A stretch of DNA of 61,873 nt, filler included, from Asterionella formosa (taxonomy: Eukaryota), in assembly GCA_002256025.1 (NCBI GenBank). It is 8 parts of 8 records of this genome, joined end to end, with 100 filler letters (N's around TTAATTAATTAA, not from the genome) between each part and the next. Parts side by side here need not be neighbours in the genome. Positions count along the whole stretch, not along the records: positions 7,765 to 15,425 come from NKIB01012409.1; positions 15,526 to 23,183 come from NKIB01012410.1; positions 23,284 to 30,928 come from NKIB01012411.1; 5 more parts are not named here. The stretch is one strand, 5' to 3'. The notes beneath the pieces were generated by a model. It worked only from the letters and a program-made list of their open reading frames with translations. It ran no database searches and was not told the origin of the DNA. A program made the position numbers and the translations under genes. Positions 12,626 through 27,300 of the stretch are shown here, piece after piece; position 1 is the stretch's first letter; the number at the start of each line of letters is the position of its first letter.

Positions 12626-13523
12626 TGTACAAATCACACAGAATTGAGGAAGACACAACAGATTAAAATTTCATCATGCAAGTGAGTTGGTTAACTCTTC
12701 AGTTGATTGTTTTCAATATAAAATCCAGGCGTATTTTTTTACTATAGTAGGACGAGGCTAATGGGAGATCATTCAGTGCATGTGCAATTAGGAGTAGTAA
12801 CTATTGGCTGTGTCCTTTCCCTATTGTCATATTTGTTCAAGCCACACTTGTTGTAGCCTCAGAAATTTGTCCCGACGAAATGTTAGCAAGACTGCGCCAG
12901 ATTTTTTCGTGTAGATTGTAGGTTCTGTTGGTACAAAGAGGACGTCATGGCTGCGCCAGGATTTTTGACCCTCTGAATTCATAAAAACACCAACATTCAA
13001 CACCACTTTGAACAATTTATTTTCAACATGGGGACGACCCTTACAACTAGCATGCCCCTTCCAGATTTTGAGCGCCTCTCTATTAACAAATCCTTCATCA
13101 GCCACGAACTCACATATTGTTTGTTGCAACAGCAGAAGGTGGAATGATGGCTGCAACACTTAGATCGTAAGCAATCGATGCTTTTAAGGTAAGATTTATT
13201 TGCTTGCTATTTTTGCTATCATATCACCAAGCGAGTGATAATTTATAATGATATGCTGCTGTTCTCAACATTCATTTGACATTTGAACAGGCTTTTTCAG
13301 AAAAGGAGGAGTGTTCTTTTGAAAGCATGAGTGATAGAAGATGAAATGATACAATATGGAGACCCGCAATGGAGGTAAATCACGTGGTTCTATTATTGTT
13401 CTCTACATTTATTTTACATTTTAGCCGTCCATTTCACAACAGGAGCATTCTTTTGAATGCATCAGTGAGTTGCAGTGCTGCCTGGTACTGGCTAATGCCG
13501 GTGTCTTTTTCAGAATGAATTAT

Positions 13524-13742
13524 AGTATTTCAAATAATTATGTGAAGGTGATCACGTAATATAGTGATGATCAGGAATGCATGCATGATACTCTGATCAA
13601 ATAATTAACGTGATGTATTCAGTTAATACATAGATATATTCAAGTAAGCATTTTGATGTATTCAACTAATTCATGTGATCCATTAAAAATCAACTAGGCT
13701 TATTTACGTGATGGTCACTTCACGTAATACGCGGCTTAGATG
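13524..13742 (+). mobile_element. End of an unclassified TIR DNA element (…CACGTAATACGCGGCTTAGATG)
   Basis: ~220 bp shared with 31434-31677 and 61679-61873(-). Similarity stops sharply at TTAGATG in all three copies. Confidence 0.8.
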
Positions 13743-16700
13743 TCACAAAACCCCAATTACACTACAACATAGGAAAATGTTATCTAGCTAACTACATTTG
13801 AGGACTAATTTAAGATTCTGGAATAGTATCAAGAATCTTCTCTGTTTCATCAAATGGCTGGGTGAAGGTCGTTCTATTTTCTTAGCTACAATACTGTTAC
13901 TGGTAAAAGGTAACCAGTATCATACATATTCCCATCACTCCATCAGCATATTTTAGCTTTGAAATTGGTGCGTTTAGTGCTACTATATATGCCATGATCA
14001 TATTATAGTACAGCTTTTATATACATGTTCATACAGTAATATTGGGAAGATATATGACCATAGTCTACAATTAATGATTCTTCGGATCATCCTCTATATC
14101 CTATGATGGCTGGATGCACGAAGACTAAAGTTTGGGTAGCCGTCATAGTAGAGCTGGTAGTATGTTTTTTAAAAGCTTTCGGTTGGACGCAGATTCGATC
14201 ATGTCATTACACTTGCTTCATTCCCTCTGAATACAATGGTGGTGAATATCTCTAAATCTACTTGCTTTGTCTCCTGCTTGCACCGCCTGATAGCTGTATC
14301 TGACCATTGTGACCATCATGAGGCATAGATACATCAGTGCACATGGCAAACAATATACCAAACCATTTATATTGACTTGTTTTGAGGCTGCCATAAGCAA
14401 ACATGCCCTTCATGTATGATCGCTGGTTACCAGCAGATCAATTGCGGTTATACATGCTCCAGAAATACTCAATTGAGGATACAGCACAGTTTAATTTAGC
14501 TTCGATGATAAGGGTGGTCATCAAGGTGCTTCCTAGCGTGAGCTCTGCACCCCAACATTATTGAGATTCAAGGTGGCCAACAAGTGCAAGTATACAGGCA
14601 TTCCTTCCAAAATCGGAAACATTTCTATTTTTATCCAAGATGTGGGTTGGTCCTAAAGGAGAGCGGCCACTACTTCTAAAGGATGAAGGTACATGCTCAA
14701 TGTTTTCTGCATTTGTCTGTTGTGAGCATGGGATACTCCAACAGATACCAATGAATATCCTTGCAGAAATACAGCACCTCCATCGCCTTTGAAGAACTAT
14801 GCAGACAAGGAAGCTGGAATTAAGGGATTAGCATCCCAATCTACGGTTTTAGGACTGAAACGTGATGTATCTCCAGGCACCTTGTTGTTCCTATCATGAT
14901 CTTGCTGCACACGACAAGGCAGTTTCATGTGTTGGATTGGGGGAATATGTTTCACCTTAAAATAATATAGTTCCTGCCAAATCGTATTCCAGGCGGAGCA
15001 GATGAGTTGCACAACCATTTTACCGGACACTCAGGTCGGTGTGTTTCGTTTGTACCAGCCATCTACATACGACAAAATGTACACACGAGTATATGGAGAA
15101 ACGGAATCCAGAATCAGCTTGGATGTAATGCTTGATATCGAAATCGAGCATCACATCATCAGCATATCACTCACACCGAGAGCGATATACAGGTATTGCA
15201 GCTGGTACCTGGTACCACGATGATACATGTTTCACCAGTGAACTTACGGTATGTACTAGTAGGTATACTTTGTGAGGGAGTATAAGGTAATGTACTGGCT
15301 GGAACTGTGTTTGGATTAAAAATGGAACAGCAATAATTCATTTGGACATTGTAACTGCATAAAATCATACACTATTCCTCTTAACTATTACCAGTGCTCT
15401 AGAATCCCATGGATAAATGCTTTTCNNNNNNNNNNNNNNNNNNNNNNNNNNNNNNNNNNNNNNNNNNNNTTAATTAATTAANNNNNNNNNNNNNNNNNNN
15501 NNNNNNNNNNNNNNNNNNNNNNNNNTCTTGGGAAGGAAAGTAAAGGGATAATTGCTGGTCTTGCGGGAACAAGAATGAATTGACCCAAAAAAGAATGTTG
15601 ACAAATAGGTACCTACCGCCCGGAAAAGGAAGCAATGATTTCGGCATCATCAATCTATACAAAAGCCTGCGCCACCTGATGTCGTCAATATAGCTACCTC
15701 AACTGCATCAATGAAGAAGTCGATGGGTGGAGCATGTTAGAAAAATCGGGGTTGAGGTTTTCTTGATGCCAACGTGGACCTGCTTGGCTGAACTCCTTGC
15801 AGATGAAGGCATTGAGTAACCTGGGCCTGTGAAGCCAAAGGATAAAGAAAAATCTATGACAAGGGTGCGTTGTGAGATAGTGTTTAGGAGGGGGGAGCAA
15901 AAGTTATCATAGCTGAACGCATTCGAAACTTGTATAGACAATAAATGGTGGCATACCATGGCTGCTCTTGCTTGGCTGACAGTTGCCAAGTCAAGCACAA
16001 ACACAACGAGTGAGGGTGCACAAAAGACATTCCAATTTTAATCGACTGGATGATACTTAGTTGTGAGACTCACCATTCTGCAATGGGGTGGACTTTGGTC
16101 ATTGCTTCGTTCGAAGCACAATCAATTCGAATGCTGTCCAGTGCAACATCCAATGAAAACAATTCTGGCGAAAGAGCGCAGAACAGATCAAGAGATTTCA
16201 TAGGAATTAATCTAACAAAAGCAGGGCATATATGACGCACTGCTCCTTGTGTAGACTAGCTATATTTGATCATTTCCATATTTCATACTATACAGGTGCA
16301 GCATGGATGACTTCTCCAGCCCTTTCATTAGATATGCAGTCATGTTGCGATAATTCTACAGGACCTATAGGATTGGTAGTCTGGTGGTCATCATTTCCAC
16401 ATTGTATATACCCTTACTAGGAGTCATGTATGCATGCATGCTGCGATAATTCTTTCAAGACACAAAAATTTGGTAGCTTGGGGGTTATCACTTCCGTACT
16501 GTATACATGGGGGGAAGGGGTTCCATGCATGAGCAACTACTCCAGTATAAACTATGATCTTTAATCAATAAATTTTGATTCGTTTATCCTATACCTTTGA
16601 TCATAACATATTGATCATATGATAAACGGGGTGTCGTTGATGAGAAAATGAATGATCAAAATTTATTTTCACAAATCAGGATTAATTGACCTTAGAAACA

Positions 16701-17173
16701 TGATCAAATGATCCTAAACACATGAGCATATTCAGTTTTCGGCTGCACTATTGTGGTATTTCCATGATAGAAGTAATTCCCAGCAAGTATACAGTACTAC
16801 CGGTAGGCCATTTGAATTTTGGTCATTATGTCTATATACATAAATTTATGATTTCGTCCATTTGAAAAATTGGTGATGACTCCCATTTATTAAGAGGCTT
16901 AATTAAATCAGCCAATGACTTGTAGGTACAAGAATTGACACAAAACAAATTGAAAAAATTCAACAGGTCGTGGAAAACTATGAACTCGTCATGCATTGTA
17001 TATATTTGAATTATGTATAATCAATTTTGATATTAGTATACACAGGATGTGCCATACTATAATGAGCGTGTTTAAAATTATGCAAATGTTTAACTACATA
17101 TACATTTAAACTTCTTACAAATCTCTCTCTATATATATGTATTCATGGCTGAAACATTTGAAATCATGTTTTC

Positions 17174-17510
17174 ATGTTCCTTGTCATGCAAACACTTTGC
17201 TCCTGAAATGAAGGAATAACACAGATGATGACGCGGAAAACGAAATTGATAATACAGCACAATGATACTTGCGGCTTAGAAGATAAGGGCGGAATCAATT
17301 GATGGTAAGTCAAGAGCAAATGCCTTTTATGTTCCTTGTCATGCATCCACTTCCTGAAATGAAGGATCTCAAGCAACACATGATGCGAAAACCTGAATTG
17401 ACAATAAAGCACGATGATACACCATGCGGCTAAGAATGAGTGAATATGATGGAGAAGGGCGGAATCAACACGCTGTGCATAGCATCATGGTTTGTCAAGA
17501 GCAAATACCA
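17174..17510. repeat. Diverged tandem duplication, unit ~155-180 bp
   Basis: ATGTTCCTTGTCATGCA...CCTGAAATGAAGGA...AAGGGCGGAATCAA...GTCAAGAGCAAAT occurs twice. Confidence 0.75.
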
Positions 17511-19300
17511 AGATGATCAATTGCTGGTATTATAAATACGGAATGACTTGTCCCCATTCAGTGATTCAATAGCTCCTTTTCGATTTGGTGGCTGGCCAAC
17601 CATCAATGTGGACTGCCAAAAGAAATCGGTAAGTGCTATCAGCCATCTTTGGATTTATCCACAACTGTTAGAAAAACTGACACATATGTGTTGCTTCTTT
17701 CAGGATAATGGTAGACAAACAGTATTTGTAAGTTACAAACAGCAGTGTTGGAGCCCATTTATTGATCGATACTTTCTCATTCAATTTTCAACTGACACAT
17801 TCTTTTACAGAAATATGCATCAGTTGCTTCCTCAATTTGTGGCAAGTGAAGGCAGATAGAAGCAAAATGCATGTTGTTGTGTAAGCAAAACATGAACAGC
17901 TAATAATGAATTGCTTCTCTTTGTTAGTATGGCTGATTGGAACCACAAAACGGATTTAATAGTAATAGGAAAATGCGTCAATGCAAACTCAGATCCGTCA
18001 GGAGTAAATGGAACAAAGCAGGGGAGCAACGGCAAGGCAACCAGTACAACAACCTTCAGAATTGGATTGGGGGGAAGGTGGAAGTGAAAGCTGAAGCACC
18101 AATCATTGCGATGAGAGCATTGTAGAACATTCTGTATCCACTCAAGATGTCATACAGAAACATAGATCTACTCTTAGCTAAAAATAGCTCTAAATTTCGA
18201 TCAATTTCATCCTATTTTAGACAGTGATATCGATGAGAATTACGATCATGCTAAGATAGATGTATGACAAAAATATACATATCATATGACCATGTTTAAC
18301 TAATCATATGATGCAATGATATTATAACTATGATAGTATCATCATACTTCAAGCTCGGTAAAAGTTTACTGCATGATCATAATTATATGATACATTGATC
18401 ATATTTTTGATCGAAAAACTATCATATATTTGAAAATCCTGTGCCACTTAGCGTACGATACCCTTGATCCTATATTTATAATAGTTTTTTTACAGACGTT
18501 GTGTTATAGCATGTCCTGTCAGTTGCATGTTGGTAAAGCAGCTACCATTCTAACAGTTAATTGCATGTGTGGCATGTGGTTTTAAATTAGGCTGTTGACA
18601 AATAGAAGTTCCAGCCTTGTTAATGTTAGTTTGAATATGTAGTTGTCTGATCAATTCTGTTTACCATAGAATAGAGTCTGCATTTTGTTTTCGTCTTCAA
18701 TTCTAACAAATTCGAGTCCAATTGATTGTCAGAAATCATCGATTAACCACTCTGTTCTTCTTGCTATAACCTTCCTTCGAATGTGTTCGTCTAATAATAA
18801 TCAATATTAATGCTTGTATCTCCAGGAAATTCTTTGATTTTTGCATGGAAATGACTTATCCTCGCTCTGTCAACACCATGTAACCATATAGATTTGTCAG
18901 CGGGAGTTCACCATTTGTTGCAAGCTGATAAATCAGGTCGGTTAGATAGATGTGCATGCAAAAGAACAAAGAACATGATTGTTTGAATTATTTAAGTGAT
19001 GATTGAACTCCATGAGGAGGTTGTTATCAATTCGCTAACTCCTCAACAAAGGGCTTCATGATGCATGTGCATGTAGCTAAGCTCTCATTGTGCAAGATTA
19101 GTCATATCACCTATTATTTCCTTATTAACAGATTTACATAAGACTCTAATGCTACAATCAAAGTTCTGATTTTGAAACTTTGATCCAAATGAGTTGCTAG
19201 TTATTGACATATGAATGAGGGAATTTGGTTTAAGTAGCCGCCAGAAGAAGCAATAATGATGCCATTATTGAATGTAGTGAACAATTGTCGACAGAAATAG

Positions 19301-19456
19301 TAGTAGTAGCACTGAGACTACTAATAGCTAGCTAGTAAATATTCATTGTGAATAAGAAGTTGACACAGCTATAATTGCATAGTAGTAGCACTGAGACTAC
19401 TAATAGCTAGCTAGTAAATATTCATTGTGAATAAGAAGTTGACACAGCTATAATTG
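19301..19456. repeat. Near-perfect 79-bp tandem duplication
   Basis: TAGTAGTAGCACTGAGACTACTAATAGCTAGC...GACACAGCTATAATTG repeated twice. Confidence 0.95.
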
Positions 19457-19765
19457 TATGTGTATGATAGGAATAATAAATATTCATACCGGGATATGGA
19501 AGCATAAAAATATGACAGGCTGGAGAATAGGTAATTGTTTCATGGTCTGTCCTTTCATCAACCACATCCGCTCATCGTCAGCTTGCTTCTAATTTTGTAC
19601 AGTCCTTGCTTGCTTGCTTCGCTCTTTGCTTGGTTGCTAGGCGAATACAGCCCATGACATCCATGGGAGGGGTGTTTCCTGCTATCATTGATAGAAACAC
19701 CATAATCTACTGCCCCCTCTCCTTTCTCAACCTACCGCTAGATTGCTTTAGAACTCTCGACAAAG

Positions 19766-20760
19766 ATGCGACTATCGGCAGAACTACTCAATTCGGCGGA
19801 GCAACGTCCCAACCCTTTGGGCGAACGAGAGCTAGTCCTTCGGGGAATGGGCATTCCTGCAGTGGAGCATATGGGCGCAACTAGAGATGCATATGATGCT
19901 ATTGATTTCACAGACAACAGAATTCTGAGATTGGACAACTTCCCAAGGCTACTTAGATTGGCCTCTCTCATGCTAGCAGGAAACTTGCTGGAGACAATCG
20001 ATGTAAATAACATCAAATCAAATATTCCCAATATTACCTCCTTGGCACTTGACAACAATCGACTGTCGACACTGCATGAAATTTCGAACATCGGAACTGC
20101 GTGCCCAAAACTTGAATTTCTCTCGCTAATCGGAAATCCAGTTACTCGTAAGTATTTTCAATGTGTTCGCCTTTACCTGTCAAGGGGGTCATGATATTTA
20201 TGTTCGTTCCAATGCTGGCGTACATGGACTCTTCAGATTTACCGGTCTGATCCAGACGAGAGAGCTGCTCTGAAATAGTACTTGTAAATATTCTATCTTA
20301 CCAGCATCATCCTCTTTCAGGGCGACAACATTATCGATTGTACACTATCCACTGTATTCCGTCACTCCGAGTGTTGGACATGGTAAAGGTCAAACAATCT
20401 GAACGAGAAAAGGCAGAGCGATTGGCAAAGAGTGCCGCCGGAGCAGCATTGGAAAGCGATGTGAAAGCGGAAGCAAAAAAAACATTTGTGCCCGGTGAAG
20501 GGCGATCGGCTGAAGAATCATTTTCAACTAGTTTCACTCGGGAGCAAAAGGAACAGATTCGACAATTTGTTGCTAACGCCAAGACACCAGCAGAAATCGA
20601 ACAGATTGAAGATTCAGTACAACGAGGCATCTTTCCGTCGTTTCTGCCACCTACTGTTACGCCCCCGCACTCGGGAATTGGGGAAAATGGTCAATTGAGG
20701 CTGGCTGATGGGAATGAGCACATTTCATTGCCATCAAAACGAAAGCGCGAAGGCAATTGA
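19766..20760 (+). CDS. SNRPA1: U2 snRNP protein A' (exons 19766-20147, 20321-20760; 273 aa)
   Basis: MRLSAELL...NPLGERELVLRG, DAIDFTDN, LDNFPRL, and LRRcap GNPVTRRQHYRLY formed across a phase-1 GTAAGT...TTTCAG intron. Confidence 0.93.
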
Positions 20761-22461
20761 CTTCGCACTTCTTCTTCTTGCGAGCTGCATTCCACTGATA
20801 AACTCAATTTGACCATGTGCCCGATTCATAGGTTCGCAGCCCGAGATCCTAACTCTAAATATCTTTGATACCTGACAGTACTGGGATTTGCTTTAACATC
20901 GTCGACACCAACAAGGCGGTTCCAAAAATAGAGAGATGCATGAGTAATCCATGATGGTAGATTGGGGAGAAACCAATAAATTCAGTACTTTTAGCCTGGT
21001 TGAAGGGTTGTATTCAATATTCTATTTTCTTGCAGGTTAGAAACTCTTGCCGGTGGGAACCAAAGTTAGGAAAAACGAATATGGAGACTGAGTAATCCCT
21101 GGAAAATGTTTGATCAGATGTTGATGGTTGTCAGTGTGACTTGGACAAAAACTTGCAAACGATGACAAGAAAATCAGCAAAAAGATGGCATACCAGAACT
21201 ATTGACTCCTAGCATTTTCTATCCTGATCTGACCTTGCATTGCAACAGGATCATCTTGATTACAGTAGTCAATCCACTCAAATATTTGTAGGAAAACAAT
21301 GTGCTACCTCAACAGAATCCTCATTATACAGTAACTTTTACTAAGTGGGGAGGGGGTTTGTAAAAGAAGAATGGCCAGCGCAAATGATTTTTTGTCATTC
21401 TTGCTAACAGAAATGGCCGATGACAGGATTCTCACCCTTTGGGGCTACCATTCTAACCAGTGGGCCAGGGATTCTTATCCTACCCCAATAACCCTTGATT
21501 TATAAATTCGATGGCTTTTGGATGGACAGAAAAGGCAATTTACCAAATTTGGCTCCTCAGCACTTCCATGGCCTGGGAATAACGAAAAGCTTACCTCAAG
21601 AAAGAAATGAACAAATTGTTCAGTTGAACTTCGATATACATGTTACAACATTGTAACAATAAGAATATAAAATCTATGAACAGGACTTGCACCTACTTCA
21701 GTACTGGAGTACCTTCTAAATGACGTGATGCTCAAATCCCAGTTGGCTGGGCATCACCATAAGATTTCTTGAAAAAGCAAATTTCCTTTTCTTGAGGCAT
21801 CCATTCTGTTAGCAAAAGTGAACAACAATCTATGAAACAAATTCTATGCAAGTATTCCTTGATCTCAAGTGGTGGCATATTGCCAACCACCAGTGTGGCC
21901 CCAACGCCCACAGCAAGCGCCACAAAACATGTCCTCTTTCTTCACTTGTCCCATTGGGAGATAATTAAATGAGTGTAACAATTCAGTACCACTTTGCATC
22001 ACTTAATCCCTTCCCTACTAGAGTGTAGCTCAGAAAAATCCAGAGTGTCAGCATCAGAAGTGACCACATATGTTGTTTGGCTGATATTAAGAGGGTTAAG
22101 TCTTACTATATCCAGGCTGTTTATACTAGGAAATTCTATGGTATGAACGGTTCCCCATCCTAACATAGAGGGGTCTTCAGGCGCTTAATTATATTATTTT
22201 AAACTCACAGCACACATACCCAATCAATAGGTGATACTCTGTACATATATATAAATATATATGAATATATGAATAATTGTCAGGAACACCACTCCCGAAC
22301 TTTCAAATGATCCTAACTATTACCGATAGGGAATCTTATACGGTACTTTAAATCCAGAACGAAGGATTCACCAGAAAACACTAATTTGGGGACTTCAGGA
22401 AATTCCAGGAATTTCCTGAACTTACGCATTTCCTTTTTACAATCCTGAAATTTCCTTTTAA

Positions 22462-23183
22462 GGTTCCTGCATTTGAACCCCTAGCTCGAGGTAGGGTTAA
22501 AAAAATAATATTAAGTCAGAGTAGTCAAACATAGACTTCTTACGACTAAAACGTACATGTATATCGCTAAACGGAGCTTTCACCAATACACACCCTTTCC
22601 ATATGCTTAAATACTGTCATTTATCAAAGTAGCGGCATAGGTCAATGCTGCATTTTGTCAGGATATAGGATCTGGCGAGAAACTGCAGAAAGGAACTTCG
22701 GTTTTTTAACTATGCTGAAATAGTGGATTTTACCAGGCCAACTCGTTTATTTGGCCTAGTAAAGAAACCGAAGTTCCTTTCTGTAGTTTCTCACCAAAAG
22801 TTAACTTCTGGGGCTATTTGAAGATTACCTATGTACTTAACTCTTCTTCAAACCCTGCCAACATTGAGCTATTGCCGTCCAAAAATTCGACAATATCGGC
22901 TTTTTCAACAGTCACCATAATGTCGGAATCAGAATCACTAATCGCCGAAACGTCATCATCGGAATGGTAGTCTTGTGCTAAAATTTGTAGTCGTAAAATC
23001 TCGTGTACAAAAAGTTCCAATGTAATTGCCCGCTGTAATAATCATATTCTGATTTGTTATCCTTACATCCGTTCGATTGGCACGGTTTGCGAGGTCGTGC
23101 AATCCCACGCCGGCCACACTGGATACACATGAAGCATGTTCTTGGGTGTTGGCCGATCCTACCCGTATACCGGTATCCGTACG
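22462..23183 (-). mobile_element. 3' end of a Kolobok-type/'Mutator-like' DNA transposon
   Basis: About 22540-23020 is the reverse complement of about 40305-40790, including the C-terminal peptide ...VEKADIVEFLD...FEEELST*. Candidate terminus TTAA|GG at 22458-22463. Confidence 0.65.
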
Positions 23184-24381
23184 NNNNNNNNNNNNNNNNN
23201 NNNNNNNNNNNNNNNNNNNNNNNNNNNTTAATTAATTAANNNNNNNNNNNNNNNNNNNNNNNNNNNNNNNNNNNNNNNNNNNNTTATATAGCTTCAGCTT
23301 CTCCTATGTGTTGAAAAAGTCATTCAGGCTCAATGGGGTAAAACTGATTTGGACCAAAAACCGTCGACAGCCAATTTTGGGCTACTATAACTAAAGAACT
23401 GGTACGAGATTGCAGTGTTCAAGTACGAACAATGCTGTTCCTTATGTGCACAGGAAGGACTTTGTCTAATAAAGATTTATAATATTACAAATATTCGTCT
23501 CAAACCGTGTGATTACCCCGTTTTGTTATGACTATCAGTACAAAAATGAAAGTTTGTATGACTCTCAGTTTTTAGGTGGTACATGAATACCGGTACCTGA
23601 TACCTGGTACCTGGTAGTCTACATACTTGGCACAGTAGACGACCAAGGACCATAATGTATGTACCGTCACAATGTACTGTTGCGCCGTTTATAATGGGAG
23701 TGGGCACGAAATGCTACTACCGGTACCAGGGGTACCGTACAGGTCCATACAGTATTGTTTGTTCGACATACCGTTACCGAGCGTGTACAACCTATACCTG
23801 GTACCTAGTACTGTAACTGCAGTATGATGCATACTCCTATTTATATGGTCAGCGCATGTCAAGATCAGGACAGCCTCGATACATATGGTGTACGTATGAG
23901 TACCTGGTACCTGGTAGTCTATCGGTCACGTATAGGACCGGTATATGTTGTGTGCATCATGCCCAACCACATACAAAATAGTCTTCACATTTTTTCCAAC
24001 GGGTTTATATTCAAGCTACAGATCTGAGTAAACGTAATGGATTTCGCGCTTACTACCGGGTCTTCCTCAATCGCTCTAAATATGTAGCAGTATCGTATAT
24101 ATATAGATCACAACAAACAGCCAGTAACTGTGAAAAACTGCCCGAAATCTATACCGTCACTTCTGAATATACCGTATATTTACTAGCAGTTGCGAGGGAA
24201 ACAATCCAAAGCAAACATTTTTATTAGGGAACATTTATGAACTTGACGAACGTTGATGCTATTGATTGGGCTTGGAGCCAGGCATTGATAGAGAGATAAG
24301 TCACGATTCGGTAATGTACATTTACTTTCTGATTCAGTCATCTGAATACAGGTAGAGGAGTCTCGTGAAACGCCTTTCGCA

Positions 24382-27300
24382 ATGGATCACACTGAACATG
24401 GTGAGATGCAGCCATCGCGAATTCAAGCAGAAGGAAACGATTCTGGAAATGAAAGCAAACATGGATCCATAAGTGCTCTACACTCACGGCTAGGTCGCAC
24501 GATGGAGAAATGTGGTACAGAAACTAGCGAAAGTGCCCCCCTTGAACCGTGTCCGAGTGCAGGACAATCCACACAAGAGCGACCGTCAGGTTTACATGAT
24601 ACATCACAAGCGAATTTCCCCGTTACAGGTTCTTCGAATAAAAGAACCGTTGTTCTGGGAGTTCTTATGGAGGCGCTACGACGAGATGCGATGCGGCAGG
24701 CGGATGATTGCAAAGACATAAACGATGCCGATTCAGTCTCCAGCGACAACAGCGTTAATTCGGACGATGAATTAGAACGATGGGCGCAGCAAATAAGAGG
24801 TGAAATTAGAGATTCGGAAATGGTTGAACTCGCATTGGAAGCAGAAAAGGCGGCTGATGCTGGCCAAGAGCATTTTGCGGGACACCCTTCGACCTTTGGA
24901 GATGACACCGACGCAGAATCGTCGTCCTCGAGAAGGGTTGGGCCTGTCCAACGCAACCGCTCATACACGGATGGGCCGATGCTTAGGAGGAGTGTAGTGC
25001 GGATGAGGAGTGAGAATAAAAAGAAGCTTCGAGTCTTGGCTTTGCGCAACGTAACGGAAGTCATTCCACAAATGGAAGAAATACATTCGCACCTCGGTTT
25101 TCACATGTTTCAAAATGGTATTGCGACTGTGAGCGCTTCGAACAATGCAGAACTTGATTTCAAAGCAAAACCTTTCGCAAAACCGAAAATATCACCAAGG
25201 ATGGGATTTTTGCACAACATTACAAGCTGGGTTTCGTCAAAGAATTCGAGAGACGACGGTGCAACATCCCCGAGTGAGCATATAAAATCGTTACTGGATA
25301 GAGACGACGACGAAAACAGCATCTCATCGCGAACCGATTATGAAGTCGGAGATACTCTGGCTGAGCAGTTTCACAAAAAAGAATCAGACGGTGGTGTTAA
25401 GATACGGCATGTAAGGGTTCCATCAGGCTTGGTGTTTCCGGATGACGAAGACTTCTCTGAATTCTTGTTTGGAAAAGTTAGAACTGACGAGGGAACACTG
25501 GGAACAGCACCGACTTCATCATCATCTGACGTAGGCCATCCATTTTCTGAAATTACTGGGACTATGACGCTCCCTTACGAAGCGGGAAAACGCGATGCTT
25601 CGCCTCAACAAGCACCGATCCCCTTCAGTGTAGACTTTGACACTCCTGCCCATCCCGGTGATGAAGCTACATCACTCCTAATCGACTGCGGAGAATCAGT
25701 CAATTCAGGACTTCAACAAAAAAACCTGCAACTGCCACACCTTTGCACGACCCCAGTCAGAAGTCGTGATCGAAAAGCATTCGGTGGTTTGCAAATGAGC
25801 AATCTAGGAATATGGCACAGTCGACATGAAGATTTTGATCTTACCCCAAGAAGTAAGTTGGTTAGAGCGGAGAGTATGGGACAAGCTATTCTCAAGGATG
25901 AATTGAAATTAAGTCCTCTGAAGGGAGATGCAGCCGAAGATTGCTTGGTCAATACGTTATATCAGAATGGACCCTTTCATCAAATGCTCAAACCCAGAAG
26001 CAAAAGTGTAGGAGATTTACTCGACATCTCAATTGAAAAGATAGAGGACGAATACGGGGCCGATTTGCATTTTCTAACAGAGCCCGAAACCACCGACAAT
26101 AACATTGTTTCAACGACATTGCTGACATCTCCCGCAATATTACTTTCGAAGCAGGTTGACAATGCGGACTCCACTCTTGCTGAAACTGCCGATTCCTTTC
26201 TAGAACCCGCGTTTACCTCACAAGGCAAGATGGAGGCGAGTTTGACATTGATTGACATTAACCTGAACGGGGACGACTACCGAAGTGAAGACATGTTGGA
26301 CTTTTCCATTGACACAGTAAATAGACAGGATCGTACAGTCGACATGGAAACGTTATCAGACGACGAATATCTTGTGGAGCAACAAGAGCAACAAGATGAC
26401 GCCAAAGTTACGTCAAACGATGTGGAACTGTCTATTGGCGCCATAAATACATTGAGGGAAACTATCAATGAATGGCATTGTACCCCAGGAAGTAAATTGG
26501 TTAGAGCGGAGAGTGCCGGGCAAGCTTTTCTCACGGATGAATTGAAGTTTAGTTCTTTGAAGGATACAGCCGAAGGTTGCTTGGTCAACATGTCTTATCA
26601 AAATGGACCATTACATCACATGCTCAAACCCAGAAGCAAAAGTGTGGGATACTTACTCGACATCTCGCTTGAAAAGTTTGAGGACGAAAACGGGACCGAT
26701 TTTCATTTTCTAACGGAGCCCGAAACCATTCACGATAAAATTGTTTCCTCGACATTGATGACATCGCATGTTGTATCACTCCCGAAGCAGACCGACGACA
26801 CCGACTCGTCCCTTCCTGACATTTCCGATTCCGTACTCGCATCTGTTTACACCTCGCACAGCAAGATTGAGTCGAGGTTGGCGTTGCTTGACATAAACCC
26901 GAACGGGGAACACCTCCGAAATGCAGACATGGTGATCTCTTCCATTGATGCCGTTAATAGAGTGGATCGTACCGTCAATCCATGGCTACTAGAAGTAGAA
27001 ACGGGAACACAGTTAGACAAATATTCCTCGAAGCAACCAGGTGGCACCGGTGACACGGCAAACGAGGTGGAATTGTCCATTGATATCGAAAATAGCTTGA
27101 AGCAAGCAGTCAATACCTCCCCGGCAGTTGATGCGGCAACGCGATCAGTCGACGAAGATCTTTTGAAGCAACAAAATCACACGGAAGTTAAACTTATGAA
27201 CCCACTCTACCAGTGGAACATCATCGAACAAGCGATAGAGAATGATGCCATCGCAATGCCAGTTTTCCCGTGCGAGTGTGGAATCATTATTGCGCCTACC

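Noticed and set aside
15526..19200. Short ORFs and TGATCA/CATATG-rich patches (about 16550-16730 and 18240-18430)
   Set aside because: Likely TE debris; no termini, TSD or protein motif could be supported.
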